The notes: generated by a model not told the origin, from the letters alone. Positions 42,128 through 54,465 are shown, numbered from the whole stretch's first letter. The stretch is 63,513 nt of DNA, filler included, from Sanchytrium tribonematis (GCA_018985235.1; 30 parts of 30 records of this genome joined end to end with filler, not necessarily neighbours in it); one strand, 5' to 3'. A program made the numbers and translations.

Positions 42128-44785
42128 ATGGAATCTGTGATTTTTATAGGACTCGTACTAAGGAGCATTGATGTCTTGGGCAGAACTCTAGTCTCTGTTC
42201 AAGCACTGAAGAAAAGCAATCAAAATATGGAAGAAGCGAATTCTCTTCATCAAAGGCTTAGTTCTATCACTTTCATGCTTGAACAAATAAAGGGCTTAAA
42301 AACCAGTTACATTACAAACGAGGCTCTGAATGAGCTAATTGATGTGCTCGTGAAAGTCGATGTATTTTTAGGGGAATTGCATGAAAAGAATATCATCTTA
42401 AAGGCCATTCAATATCAAAATTATGTGGAACATTTGGAAAAATACAACAATGAACTTGATAGAATGATCTTGAAACTTAATGCATGCCATGTCATTGAGT
42501 TGAAGCAGGGAACAGAAGATATGAAAGCCAAGCTTGATCAAATTCTATTACAGTTACAAAATAATTCGGCTAGACCTATTAACGATTCCACAGGCTATAC
42601 GATTTTGAAAGAAATTGGAGAAATCAAAGGAATGTTGAGTAGTCTAGATCGTGTCAACATGAAGGATTTGACTAAAATGAAAAATGAACTAATAGTACAG
42701 ACCAAATCAATTTCGATAAAGTATTTGAATGATGTAGTGGTAGACACCAATTCTGTTTGTGGATGTGGCAGCTTTGGTGTGGTTTATTTGGGAAAATATG
42801 GTGACTTAAATGTAGCTGTTAAAAAATTTAATAACATGCCTTTTGAAGACCCAAAGAAAAGTCAAGTTCAGAGTGATTCTGTCGAACTTAGTAAGATGGT
42901 ACTTAGAGAATTGAGAGCTTTCGAAAAACTGCAACAATGTCCCTTTGTTGTACGATTTTATGGAGCAATTTCTTTACAAGGCCATCTTGCGATTGTTACT
43001 GAATTTTTAGAAAATCATTCCTTGAGTCATTGGTTATATATTGATGAAGAAACTAATATTGATGACAAATTATTAGGAATTAGCATTGGAGTAGCAAAAG
43101 GATTGGAATATCTTCATAACAACGGAATTGCACACAACGATGTAAAAAGTAGCAACATTATGTTGGATATGTTATGGGAACCTCGATTAATCGATTTTGG
43201 GATGGTCCAAATCAATAACATGTCAACTATAAGCAACAACACCGCCATTCACACTGGAACTTCTCAGTGGCGAGCACCAGAGTATTGGCTTGTGACATCT
43301 GAAGCTAGAAAACAAAGAAAAGACTTTATGTTTGCTGGGGATACTTACAGTTTTGGAGTTGTACTTGGTGAGCTATACACGAAGGAACTTCCTTGGCATG
43401 AAATTGGAAAGGAAGAAATGAAGGAGGCAGTGTTGTCAGGAGAACGGCCATATGAATTCGAAAGTCCACTATACGACGTTATGAAATCGTGCTGGGCTCA
43501 AAATCCTGAAAATAGAGCTGATATGGGATCTATTGTCTCTGGACTTGAACAATTACCCAAGTCTGTGTTCTCTACTATAATTAAAAAAGAAGTAAACGAT
43601 GACAATGATAGTGGATTTGAGGCATCGCAGAACTCTGTCGATTTGAATCCAAACGACTTGGCAATTGTTGGTATTACTGAAACAGCAAATACCTTTATTG
43701 GTAAATACAAAGGCACAAAAGTGATTATAAAAAAATTTATTGTTCCTATTAAAGAAGAAGTTTTAAAATATCAATGCCCTCATCCAAATTTAGCAAAAGT
43801 AATCGGTAAGCTTTATCAACAGCTTGTTTTCGAATTTGTGCCGAATGGAGCTCTTTCATATTGGCTTTACAATCAATCAGACTACTTATTTAACAACGAT
43901 GAAAAGCTAATCATTTTGAAGAATGTGGCATCAGCTCTAAAATTTCTTCATGAGAAAGAATTATATCACGGTACTCTTCATCCAGATAATATAATGTTTG
44001 ACTATGAATTTAATGTTAAATTGACTGACTACTGCATGACTTTTATGAGTAAACAGACAATCGCACCAAATTATGTCTCTCTCGAATATTTGGAGACGCA
44101 AAATGTTGCAGCGTACGATGTGTATGCATTCGCATTATTATGTGGAGAAATATACACCAATTGCCCTCCTTATGATGGTTTAAATGAAATTCAAATCAGA
44201 TCCAAGATGGGTTTACATGCAAAACCATATGTTGGTGGACACGTACCTGCTGAGATTTCAAACATTGTAGACGACGGATTATCTTATAAAACTAAGTTGA
44301 CCATTCTTCAGATTAGTGATCAAATTACTGATCTTGTTAATGGGCTTTATCATGATCCTAAAGGAAACATATCTGAAGATGCTCTAGCAGACAAAAAAGA
44401 ATCGGTAACTCAGATTGAAAGAGCATTAAAATCCTCCTCACTCAAAGATCCAAACAATGAAATTGAGCACACGTATAAAAGTGCAATCAAAAGTAGAAAA
44501 AACTATAATGAGGCCGTTAAAAGGTTCACCGAGTCCGCAGAAGCTGGAAATGTTGAAGCCATGTTCGCTTTGGCTACGCTCTACAAATATGGTGGTTATA
44601 TGAAGTTTCCTGACAAAAGGAAAGCTAGAATATGGTATGATAAAGCCGCACAACATGAGCATGTAGAAGCTATGTACCAATTATCTAAAATGACAGATTT
44701 TTTACCAGAAAAAGTCGAACTATTAAAAAAATGTGCTCACTATGATCACAAAAAAGGAATTAAAAAATTAAAACAGCTTCAATAA
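42128..44785 (+). CDS. MLKL/HeLo-like helical bundle + TKL kinase + pseudokinase + Sel1 repeats
   Basis: GCGSFGVV, VAVK, HNDVKSSN, DFG, APE; second kinase fold with HGTLHPDN/DYC; AEAGNVEAMFALA Sel1. Confidence 0.85.
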   Translation: MESVIFIGLVLRSIDVLGRTLVSVQALKKSNQNMEEANSLHQRLSSITFMLEQIKGLKTSYITNEALNELIDVLVKVDVFLGELHEKNIILKAIQYQNYVEHLEKYNNELDRMILKLNACHVIELKQGTEDMKAKLDQILLQLQNNSARPINDSTGYTILKEIGEIKGMLSSLDRVNMKDLTKMKNELIVQTKSISIKYLNDVVVDTNSVCGCGSFGVVYLGKYGDLNVAVKKFNNMPFEDPKKSQVQSDSVELSKMVLRELRAFEKLQQCPFVVRFYGAISLQGHLAIVTEFLENHSLSHWLYIDEETNIDDKLLGISIGVAKGLEYLHNNGIAHNDVKSSNIMLDMLWEPRLIDFGMVQINNMSTISNNTAIHTGTSQWRAPEYWLVTSEARKQRKDFMFAGDTYSFGVVLGELYTKELPWHEIGKEEMKEAVLSGERPYEFESPLYDVMKSCWAQNPENRADMGSIVSGLEQLPKSVFSTIIKKEVNDDNDSGFEASQNSVDLNPNDLAIVGITETANTFIGKYKGTKVIIKKFIVPIKEEVLKYQCPHPNLAKVIGKLYQQLVFEFVPNGALSYWLYNQSDYLFNNDEKLIILKNVASALKFLHEKELYHGTLHPDNIMFDYEFNVKLTDYCMTFMSKQTIAPNYVSLEYLETQNVAAYDVYAFALLCGEIYTNCPPYDGLNEIQIRSKMGLHAKPYVGGHVPAEISNIVDDGLSYKTKLTILQISDQITDLVNGLYHDPKGNISEDALADKKESVTQIERALKSSSLKDPNNEIEHTYKSAIKSRKNYNEAVKRFTESAEAGNVEAMFALATLYKYGGYMKFPDKRKARIWYDKAAQHEHVEAMYQLSKMTDFLPEKVELLKKCAHYDHKKGIKKLKQLQ

Positions 44786-44799
44786 AATTAATTTATCTA

Positions 44800-45627
44800 T
44801 CAGGTATCAAACGAATATCCTTGCCTCTTGTTTTTTTGGTTTTCCATAGTTGGAGTTGTGATTATGTTGGAACCGAGACGATTTAGACCTTTCCTAGCTT
44901 TTATTCTCTGCTTGATACAAACAACTATTCCAATGAGAAGAATTATCCCCAAAAGAACCAATATACCCGCTATGAGGGGACCCACAAAATTGTTGTCCTC
45001 TTTTACTATTGGGGGCGAGTCTATCCCCCTAGTACTTGTCAAATTCTGGGTCTTTGTGCAAACTTTCAAATAGTTGTCACCTATACCACAGTACTTATTA
45101 CATTTAGTAGTATCTCCATTTTTTAAAAAGTAAGTGACCATTATTCCGCGCTGAGTTTGCATGAAAGTAATACATTTCGCGTCCGTCGTTTTTGGAATTG
45201 ATGTTTCTGTTATAAATTTTTGGTCGACCTCTACAGCTATACATGTGTTCTGTTTATTGCAAGCATCAATAGCTAAATCTAATGTGTTGTACTGAATCTG
45301 ACTAAAATCATAAGAGCAACCAACATCTGATAAAACATAGCCTTTGTAGCAAAATTTATCTCTAACCGCTGCATCATTTCGAATAGCAGATATAGCACCA
45401 GGCATGGCTGTCTTGGTATTTTCCGCAATCCAGTAGAATAACGAGCATGTCGATTTTAATTTCGTGTCCGAAAACGAGCTTGGATAAAATTTGTAGCCTA
45501 CGCATAATGGCGAGGCTATGCATAAATTTTGACAGTTACTTTGAGTTTGATTAGTGTATTGGGTAAATTGGTAATCCCATAATTCAGTATCTGCTAAAAT
45601 ATTAAATGAAGACACCGAACTACTCAT
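44800..45627 (-). CDS. PAN/apple-like Cys domain single-pass membrane protein
   Basis: CQNLCIASPLCVGY...CSL, second C-x5-C repeat, TM helix. Confidence 0.65.
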   Translation of the reverse strand: MSSSVSSFNILADTELWDYQFTQYTNQTQSNCQNLCIASPLCVGYKFYPSSFSDTKLKSTCSLFYWIAENTKTAMPGAISAIRNDAAVRDKFCYKGYVLSDVGCSYDFSQIQYNTLDLAIDACNKQNTCIAVEVDQKFITETSIPKTTDAKCITFMQTQRGIMVTYFLKNGDTTKCNKYCGIGDNYLKVCTKTQNLTSTRGIDSPPIVKEDNNFVGPLIAGILVLLGIILLIGIVVCIKQRIKARKGLNRLGSNIITTPTMENQKNKRQGYSFDT

Positions 45628-45756
45628 GAATTTGTTTTAAAAAGGTCATTGAAAGATTTCAGCCAATAAAGGATAACAGATCACTTTATCGCATTTAATA
45701 AAAGTCGTAAAATGGGTACACTTGAATTAGCTCCTTGTAACTCGTGAATTATTAAA

Positions 45757-46682
45757 ATGCAACAGACTCGTAATAATTTGGAACGTGTAGATGCCATAAT
45801 TGAACAAAGTAGTCTTTTACTCACAAAGAAATTGGGGAAGCAAAAGCATGATTTAATTTTGGAGCACCAGGTTTTAGAATTGCTAAAACAGGTTGACGTA
45901 CAAGAGGTTCAAATTCCTGAATTATCAAGTAATCCGTTAGAAGACTTTTATGATGAGTATAACAGCATGCCTGCCGTAGACGGACCAGCGATTAATATAA
46001 TTGAGGAATTTGATATGGAGATGGAAATTGATCATTTATTTTCCGGCGAAGAATGTTTTGGTCGGTACCTGGATCTTCATCACCATCATCGGACATATCT
46101 AAATTTGCCTAATGTACAAAAAATCAATTACCTCCGATACCTTGATGAATTTTTTATAGTCAAGGAAATCAAGGCTGGCGCAGTAAACAAGAGCTACATT
46201 TTAAACCTGTTCGAATACCTCTATGATTTTATGGCGCGAGTAAGGCCTTTACATCCCTGGCAAATTGAAATCCATGACAAGAAGGCAGAATTTAAGAAGC
46301 TATTTTATGAAGGTAAATTAAAACAATATGAACACATTTTAGTGGAACTGGGGAAAGAAACTCAATTTTGTAAATACTGTAACAAATCTTTCACCAATGA
46401 GAACACCTACAGGTGCCATTTAGAAGGTAAAAAGCATAAGAATAAAGTTAAACAAAATGTCATTCATACCCAAAGCACAAATCACTTAGAACCACAAGAA
46501 TATATTGCAGTTCATCAATATCTAATTCACTATTTAGTTAAAGAATATTTAGTAGAGGTGGTCCAAGAAACCAAGATGAATAATTTTAGAAAACAAACAT
46601 TAACGCATATGAATGAGGATGATGAATTGAGATATCAGGTCGAATCCAGCGAAGATGAGATGGACATGAATGACAACCCAAT
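45757..46682 (+). CDS. PRP9: U2 snRNP SF3a60/Prp9 (3'-partial)
   Basis: FSGEECFGRYLDL, YLYDFMARVRPL, CKYC...HLEGKKH. Confidence 0.92.
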
Positions 46683-47225
46683 NNNNNNNNNNNNNNNNNN
46701 NNNNNNNNNNNNNNNNNNNNNNNNNNTTAATTAATTAANNNNNNNNNNNNNNNNNNNNNNNNNNNNNNNNNNNNNNNNNNNNCTGGACTAAATATTCTTC
46801 TCAATTCAACAAACACTGGATTTTTGTCCCTTCTTTTGCGAGGCTGGTTTCCAGACATGCACAATTTCTTAAATTGCAATATCAGACCTTGCAGTTTATA
46901 AAAATATCAAAAATGATAAATTGTTGTTTCCCATCAATGTTGTGATTGATATAGGATCATTGTTCGTGTCGGAAAACAAAGCAGTGCGACAAACAAAACA
47001 TTGATATACAGCTACATTCAGCTTCACATTCTTTGAAAAAAGAAAGGCAATTTCCTTGAAGCCTAGACTCATTAAAATGTCAGAATGCTTTCAGTAGTAT
47101 CTAGGTCCAGATTCTGAAAAAAATTTGATTTTAAACGATGTCTCTCTTTGTCTTTTTATTGTGGCTCTTGGTAGACTCTCTGGCACGCTTTTTTACTTCA
47201 CATCTTTTTGTTGCTATACATATAT

Positions 47226-47702
47226 CTAGAGAACTTTCTCTATAAAATGATTTTTTATCTTCTCACAATCATCACTTTTATTTTGAGGAAGTCGATCATT
47301 TAAAACCACATGGTGAGTAGTCTTATGAGATTTTTGCCCATCGTTCCCAACAACAAAGGTTGATTTACGTGGATCTTTTACGGTAATAATACATCCAATA
47401 TGCCAGAAATCGTTTCCCACTAAATCCTCTTGATCGCAGTTTAGTTCTACTACATACCTTCTATTGGGGCTTTTCAGGTTCAGTGTTTCAATTTTTTCCA
47501 CCAAACCTTTCACATTTTCCTTAAAAAGTGAATGGATATCAAGATATTCTGGAATGACTTGTGCTAAGTCATTGTTGATTCCCCTGCTCTTCATTTCATT
47601 CTTAATTGCAAGAATAATATGGAGAGTAGCCCCATCATTAAATTGAGACTTGGAATATTTTTCTTTTGACCTGCTATTTCTAAAATCGAAAAATCCACCC
47701 AT
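47226..47702 (-). CDS. Hypothetical protein
   Basis: 158-aa ORF with no recognised motif. Confidence 0.35.
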   Translation of the reverse strand: MGGFFDFRNSRSKEKYSKSQFNDGATLHIILAIKNEMKSRGINNDLAQVIPEYLDIHSLFKENVKGLVEKIETLNLKSPNRRYVVELNCDQEDLVGNDFWHIGCIITVKDPRKSTFVVGNDGQKSHKTTHHVVLNDRLPQNKSDDCEKIKNHFIEKVL

Positions 47703-48041
47703 TAAACAAAAACACGGATGTCTCGCATAATCTTTTACAAAGATGATTCAAAGATCGTTGGGTTCAAAAATTTAGATCCCATGGAATGCAGCTGGACGGG
47801 ATTCAGCAAAATGATAANNNNNNNNNNNNNNNNNNNNNNNNNNNNNNNNNNNNNNNNNNNNTTAATTAATTAANNNNNNNNNNNNNNNNNNNNNNNNNNN
47901 NNNNNNNNNNNNNNNNNATCTTTTAATTCTTTTAATCGATTTTAAAATTAATAAAAATTCATGTATCATTTACAAAGTGTGTGCAAATTTGACTTGTGCT
48001 TGGCAATTAGAGTGATTGGATGGTGCTAATGAATCGGGTTA

Positions 48042-48731
48042 ATGACTACTGTTAAATATGGCAATGGATTGATTTGTAAAATGAGTAAAAATGCCACAAA
48101 TGCGCGACATGTCAGAATTGCAGAAATGAAAGCAAATACGGTTAGAGCTGTTAATATCACAAAAGCAGTTGATTTCTTTCAGCAGAATTCCAAGAATGAT
48201 CTCCCTAAAACAGATTCTTCCAGAGATAATACACCAAATAGCAAATCACCAACAAATTCAACTATTCTTACGCAAAGCACACCATTTTCTAGTCAACCCA
48301 ATTTGCAATTATCCAGTTCTCAAGTAGATTCTAAATATGCAACTGATAGCACTCCACAAACATCCAGTACATCCATTATGATTTATATCTCAGTTGCATT
48401 GATACTATCACTACTTATAACAAGTTTGTTTATATATTTTAGGGCGAAAAAGAAGAAGAGAGACCGACAAAGATTGGATTTTAATGATAAACAAGATCAA
48501 TTTATGAATCATGAACTAGATACAACATCAATAGTGCAGTCCAGGTCTCTTCCTACTCGAAAATCTACTGCCATATTCACAGAAACCATTTATTTGCCAA
48601 ATCACCAATTTGTAGATCCATCAGAAATCAATCATCCATCCATTTTATCAGATGGCAATCTATCTGACATGTCACAAACACCTGTATCTGCACTTGTATT
48701 TGATCAAACCATGAAATTGGATATTTATTAA
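48042..48731 (+). CDS. S/T-rich single-pass membrane protein (start uncertain)
   Basis: S/T stalk, TM IMIYISVALILSLLITSLFIYF, RAKKKKR stop-transfer. Confidence 0.6.
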   Translation: MTTVKYGNGLICKMSKNATNARHVRIAEMKANTVRAVNITKAVDFFQQNSKNDLPKTDSSRDNTPNSKSPTNSTILTQSTPFSSQPNLQLSSSQVDSKYATDSTPQTSSTSIMIYISVALILSLLITSLFIYFRAKKKKRDRQRLDFNDKQDQFMNHELDTTSIVQSRSLPTRKSTAIFTETIYLPNHQFVDPSEINHPSILSDGNLSDMSQTPVSALVFDQTMKLDIY

Positions 48732-48738
48732 ATAAATA

Positions 48739-48947
48739 TTAAAAATATAATCTTAATTTATTTAAGGACCATTCAATCCAGTCATTTTGGACATTAATGG
48801 GTAAATGCATCTTCTCTAAATCAATTAAATGATGTAACCAGGTTTGAATTTCATTGAAACAAAACCAACTCACGCCTGCCAAGCAACATCCTGAAACGAG
48901 TTGAAATGAAATATATTTCCAAATAGATGAATTTGTGATTGATTTGT
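48739..48947 (-). CDS. Protein C-terminus (5'-partial)
   Basis: Open frame ...SIWKYISFQLVSGCCLAGVSWF...KLRLYF* convergent with the previous gene; not in the ORF track. Confidence 0.4.
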
Positions 48948-49150
48948 NNNNNNNNNNNNNNNNNNNNNNNNNNNNNNNNNNNNNNNNNNNNTTAATTAAT
49001 TAANNNNNNNNNNNNNNNNNNNNNNNNNNNNNNNNNNNNNNNNNNNNTTGGGTAAATTGGAATTTGCAAATAGAGCATTACAATGCTGGAGAGGATATGA
49101 CCAATAAATATTTCATAGAGTTAATGTGGCTTGAAACCTTGTCACGAAAA

Positions 49151-50077
49151 ATGTTTTTGTTTTCTATTTTACAGGCTTCAGATTGTCAAAAAACAATGGA
49201 GTTTTTACAATATTTGAACATGCATATCCAATTGAATATCAATTAATACCATATAATTGTTGTGGATATTCAAACCCAAGATATATTCAAATATCCTGCT
49301 CTCCCTCCAATTTAACAGTCACATCCATTCAATTAACCAATTTAAATATAAATGGGACATCAAATGGCACATCTTTACCACAAAATATTCAAATATTAAC
49401 CTCGTATAACTGTTATTCATTAGCTGGAAATATTCCAAATAATTTACCAAATTCACTCACAACATTCAGAATTGACTCGAGTGCATTAACTGGTACTATT
49501 GCGGATACATTACCATCTAATTTGGAGTTATTCAGCGTTAGTTTCAATCAATTAAGTGGTAATTTACCCATTTTTCCACCCAAATTAAAACAAATTTATT
49601 TGACATTAAATGCATTAAGTGGTCCAATTCCATCCATACTACCAATTAATTTGACACTATTCCAAGCAGATTCCAACAAATTTAATGAGACCATTCCAAA
49701 TTTCCCAAATTCTTTAAATGTTTTAAATTTGGGCAGTAATTTATTAATTGGGAATATTCCCAGACTACCAAATGAATTACTACAATTATTTTTATATGAT
49801 AATCTATTATCTGGTTCATTAATGCAAAATTGGCCATTAAAATTGACTTCTTTAAATATTAAATTAAATGATTTTAATGGCACCTTTCCATCACAGCCAT
49901 TAAAACAATGTGATACCATTAATATTAGCTTTAATCGATTTAATGGATGTTTAAATGTCCCATTAATGTGTACATTTTGCACTTTGGCATCTAATCAATT
50001 TCAAAATTTAATTATTTTCCAAAAACCACAAATTATGAATATAAGAGACAATCAATTTAACAATGTGAATATTATAG
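49151..50077 (+). pseudogene. Secreted LRR protein with a frameshift near 49230-49246 (pseudogene or assembly error)
   Basis: MFLFSILQA-SDC...LNMH stops at 49244; the NCC cap and LRRs continue in another frame. Confidence 0.65.
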
Positions 50078-50177
50078 NNNNNNNNNNNNNNNNNNNNNNN
50101 NNNNNNNNNNNNNNNNNNNNNTTAATTAATTAANNNNNNNNNNNNNNNNNNNNNNNNNNNNNNNNNNNNNNNNNNNN

Positions 50178-51207
50178 TCTAATACCTTTTCCTTCCCAAT
50201 GACAGTCAAAATGTCACGCTTCCTTAGTTTTTCGGTCAGCCAAGGCAATATTCCAATAGATTCATTCCATCCAAAACTTTTTAAATGATCAAAAATCTGA
50301 ATTTTTTCGTTATAAAGCAAATTTAACTTTTCAAGTAATAAAGATAAATTTTCTTCAAGCTTTCCGCTTATCTCCAGGTTAAATTGGCTGAAGGAGGAAA
50401 AAATCATTTCTTCCAAACTTGAGAAATCAATCAGATCTTGAGTATCTATACCTTTTTCATCAGTTTGTGGTAATTCTTCCACATTGTTATCCAACGCAAG
50501 TCCGGAATCGTGCCTTTTTTGAAAATCGGGGCAGTGATTTGGAATTTTAGTTCCTTCAGTCAGAAATTGCAAGATAGAAACTGTAAAATCCTTGCTGCAA
50601 AAATCTACACATCCAATAACAGTCAAAAATTTGCACTGGGCAAATACCCGTGTAAGTGGAGTTCTGTAGTTGTGACTGTATATCTTCTGCGATTTAGAAA
50701 TTTGTCTAATCAATTGGGTAAGTCCATAAATATCAGCATTTATATATTTGGCCTCCGTTGTTTGTTCTTTTTTGCCTGTAGAATGACCCAAACGTTCATT
50801 TCCAGCTAGATCCAATAACCCTAATCGTGAAATGTATCGTATACCTTTTTCCTGCGGCTCGGCCAAATATATGTTAAAGACTAACGGGGAACGAGATGAG
50901 GTCAAATTGTTTTGAGTAGAAGCAACCTTTCTAATCTTCAAGGCAGAGACTACTTTGTTTTTAAATTCTTCAATGGTATGAACTGTAGAACAAAGCGAGT
51001 TCTTCATATTTAGGCTAGAATAAAAATGTATCATAGAATTTTTTTCGATTACTTTCAAGTCATCAGTCTTTGTTGTAAGTTCCTTCCATCTCCCGTTATA
51101 AAGCTCGCATATGCTTAGTCTTATTTCAAATTCATTCGATTTGTATTTAAATAAATCTTCAATTAATGGCCACATAATTCCGTTATTACTATCAAACCAG
51201 GTATAAG
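50178..51207 (-). CDS. Divergent kinesin motor (fragment)
   Basis: SICELYN, NLTSSRSP, LDLAGNER, YRTPLT. Confidence 0.85.
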
Positions 51208-51307
51208 NNNNNNNNNNNNNNNNNNNNNNNNNNNNNNNNNNNNNNNNNNNNTTAATTAATTAANNNNNNNNNNNNNNNNNNNNNNNNNNNNNNNNNNNNN
51301 NNNNNNN

Positions 51308-51612
51308 CCTGTTAATTGATTGTCTTCAATTCTCAGATAATCCAAAGTACTTGGAAATGTCGTATTTCTATTCAAAGTACCATTTAAATTCATTCCTGTA
51401 AATGAAATATACGTCACTCGTTGATTCGGTCCCGATGCGGTACATTTCATGCCGAATGATGGATAGTTTGGATTATTCGGAATTAAGCAACAATTTGTTT
51501 TCAAAGATTGCAGGGCATCGGGGGCAACCAAATGCATATTTAATGAAATAGCAAATTGAATGACAGAGGAGCAGTCTTGTGATATACCATGAACACCATA
51601 GAGGTAGAGCAT
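51308..51612 (-). CDS. Secreted LRR protein (3'-partial)
   Basis: QDC...LNMH...NCC cap, then LNGTL and LRR. Confidence 0.8.
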
Positions 51613-51736
51613 CAAGTCAATTTTGTCGAGTGGCTTATAAATTGTATGACAAAGATTGATTGGCTCGATCGAAATAACGCGCTTTTTTTATTGGACATTT
51701 TGAAGCCACTTGAAAGCCATTTTTTAAAACTGCGTC

Positions 51737-52334
51737 ATGTTACTGCTTCTCTTGTTTATGAACTTGGTAAATGCTGTCACAGATTGTGATAAAGTGTATT
51801 ATTTGGCAGTTGGTTTAGGGATGGATATCAATCCAACAAAATTGAACACAATCAAGCAAGATTGCTGCACTTCTGCAGGTGTTACATGCAATGGTGCATC
51901 AGTTACTTCCATTATCTGGAATATCAATGCTCTAGGAGGAACTATCAACGCGTCTTCGATTCCTAGCAATTTGATTGGTTTGTATTTAAGTTCAAATTCA
52001 ATTACGGGTGATTTACCAAGTGTACTTCCAGATAGTTTGCAGGTTCTTATTGCAGATAGCAATGCACTAACAGGAAATATCACCAAATGGCCAGCATCAA
52101 TGTCAATTGTGGATATTTCATTCAATTCCATTTCAGGTGTTTTACCAGCTATTCCCAGTGGTTGCGTCAGTTTTGCAGTTGCATACAATCAATTTAGTGG
52201 TAGATTGCCAGCCGTGACTGGTAAATTGGTCACATATGACGTGGATAACAATTTATTGACTGGATCTGTAAATTATTACACATTTGATATTTTGCAGTCA
52301 TTTGATTGTTCTTTCAACTTGTTTAGTGGTACAG
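51737..52334 (+). CDS. Secreted LRR protein (3'-partial)
   Basis: Signal peptide, TDC...DCC...VTC cap, LxxNxxxGxLP repeats. Confidence 0.85.
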
Positions 52335-52434
52335 NNNNNNNNNNNNNNNNNNNNNNNNNNNNNNNNNNNNNNNNNNNNTTAATTAATTAANNNNNNNNNN
52401 NNNNNNNNNNNNNNNNNNNNNNNNNNNNNNNNNN

Positions 52435-52879
52435 TGGCCCAAAGCCCATACAGGATTACAATGTCAACCACAAAGTGGTGTCTTTCATCTATGTTCCTTT
52501 AGAAGAATTATTAAAATCTAGTGATGTTGTGATATTGTCTAGTGCCCTAAACAAACAGACGGAAAAAATGGTAAATTTGAAATTTTTCAAATCAATGAAG
52601 CCCAATTCGTTCTTTTTCAACATATCTAGAGGCAAATTGGTTGACACTGATGCATTAGTAGAGGCATTAGAAAAGAAAATAATAGCAGGTGCCGGGTTAG
52701 ATGTTGTAGATCCTGAACCTTTGCCCACAAATCACAAACTATTTAAATTAGAAAACTGCGTTTTATTACCACATATAGGCAGTGCGGGAATCGAAACCAG
52801 AGAAAACATGTTCAAGCTGGCAGTAGAAAATTTGCGCCAGTTCAAATCAAATGGCACTCTGCTTTGTGAATACAAATAG
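52435..52879 (+). CDS. D-2-hydroxyacid dehydrogenase (glyoxylate reductase-like), 5'-partial
   Basis: NISRG, GAGLDV..EPL, LPHIGSA. Confidence 0.92.
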
Positions 52880-53007
52880 CGATTGAGTAAATTTACATTA
52901 TGAGACTATAAATTTAATGTATTTAAGCTTTTGAGTATCGATCAACTGACCAGTATTTATCAAAGATTGATATTCTTGCAAAAGGTTTTCATCGGAAACA
53001 TATTTCA

Positions 53008-53461
53008 TTATTTGAGATATAGCGTCATATCGAGCTTAGTTTTGAGGCTATATGGCTGTAGCAAAATCATTAGATGCGCAAAGTTATTATCTGATATTGA
53101 GTTCCTGATTGTTTCAATGTCTTCTTGTTTATCTGATAGAATTTCTACTAACGGAGTCACATATTGACTTAGGACACCCTTAAAAAAGTCGATTTGAGCG
53201 TTGATATCCTTTATCTTACATATTTCAGAGAGATAAAATATACTTAAGAAAGAAAGCCTTTCTACATCAGAGTCGTACTGCTTCAAGACGGAATCCTTTT
53301 TCAAACTTTGATACTTGACAATGAAATCCTGCTGTAAACTACTGGCGTTAAGCAAAATAGAGGGATCTATTTTATGTAAAGTAAATGCGTAATCACATAC
53401 AAGCTGAACGCCTACATAGAACAATGTGTGATACAAATTCGATTTTTCAACAATTTCAATT
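53008..53461 (-). CDS. Hypothetical protein C-terminus (5'-partial)
   Basis: ORF of at least 142 aa near contig edge. Confidence 0.4.
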
Positions 53462-53561
53462 NNNNNNNNNNNNNNNNNNNNNNNNNNNNNNNNNNNNNNN
53501 NNNNNTTAATTAATTAANNNNNNNNNNNNNNNNNNNNNNNNNNNNNNNNNNNNNNNNNNNN

Positions 53562-54465
53562 CAAATACTTTTGAAACATCAATACCCTTACTTCGTTCCC
53601 ATGAATAAAAATACCATGCAATAACTCTATCCTGAAGATCCTTAGGCAAATGATGATCATTCATGTAACTTTGTATAGCATCCACCTTTTCTTTGTAATG
53701 CACACGCCTAGAATCCATATTAGATAAGATCGAAGCAATACCTCCTCCTATATATCCATAAAGCAATACACCAATTATCATGAGAGAAGCAGCGAAAACC
53801 CTTTCATTCGTGTTTTCGGGGTGGATGTCACCATACCCAGTTGTTGTCATTGTCGTAACTGTCCAATATATTGAATAAACCATTAGATCGAACTTGGAAG
53901 ATACTTTAATATAATAACTGCCCCAGGTATCTGCGCAGATGGTACAACCACCCAGGAGATACCATCCTGAACCCATATTTACAGTAATAAACAAAATGTA
54001 CATGAAAAACTTGACAAATATCATTCTATTTGAACTATCAAGTTTATCTTCATACCTTTGAAACCAGTGAATCATTTTAAAGGATCTGAACCACTTGATG
54101 TATCTAAGCATAGCCCATAAATCCCAAGGGTCACCACTCATAAAGCATAAGAAGTCCCATGGTAAATTGAATAATATATCAAACCAAGCTTCTCGACTTT
54201 TAAAGTATTTTTTACTTGTTTCTTTATAAAAAGTGATATAAAATCCTTTGTCCATATATGCGAGCTTTGAATGTACAATCATATCTATAATTAAAATAAG
54301 GTCTACTAAAATATTTATAAGAATCAATACAAAATTGTTGAACTCGAACGCATTTTGTATTGGTATAATTATACCATTGACAAATAATGTTGTAAGTATA
54401 ATCTGCTGCCAGTTTTTATAAAATTCAGAGCTTGGCAATAAAGCAGAATTGAAACCAATGGCCAT
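53562..54465 (-). CDS. Cyclic-nucleotide-gated/EAG-type K+ channel (3'-partial)
   Basis: Six TM segments, YWTVTTMTTTGYGD filter, C-linker LPKDLQDRV. Confidence 0.9.

Noticed and set aside
49220..49250. LRR frameshift as another tiny intron
   Set aside because: No GT...AG at the break; looks like a deletion or assembly error.
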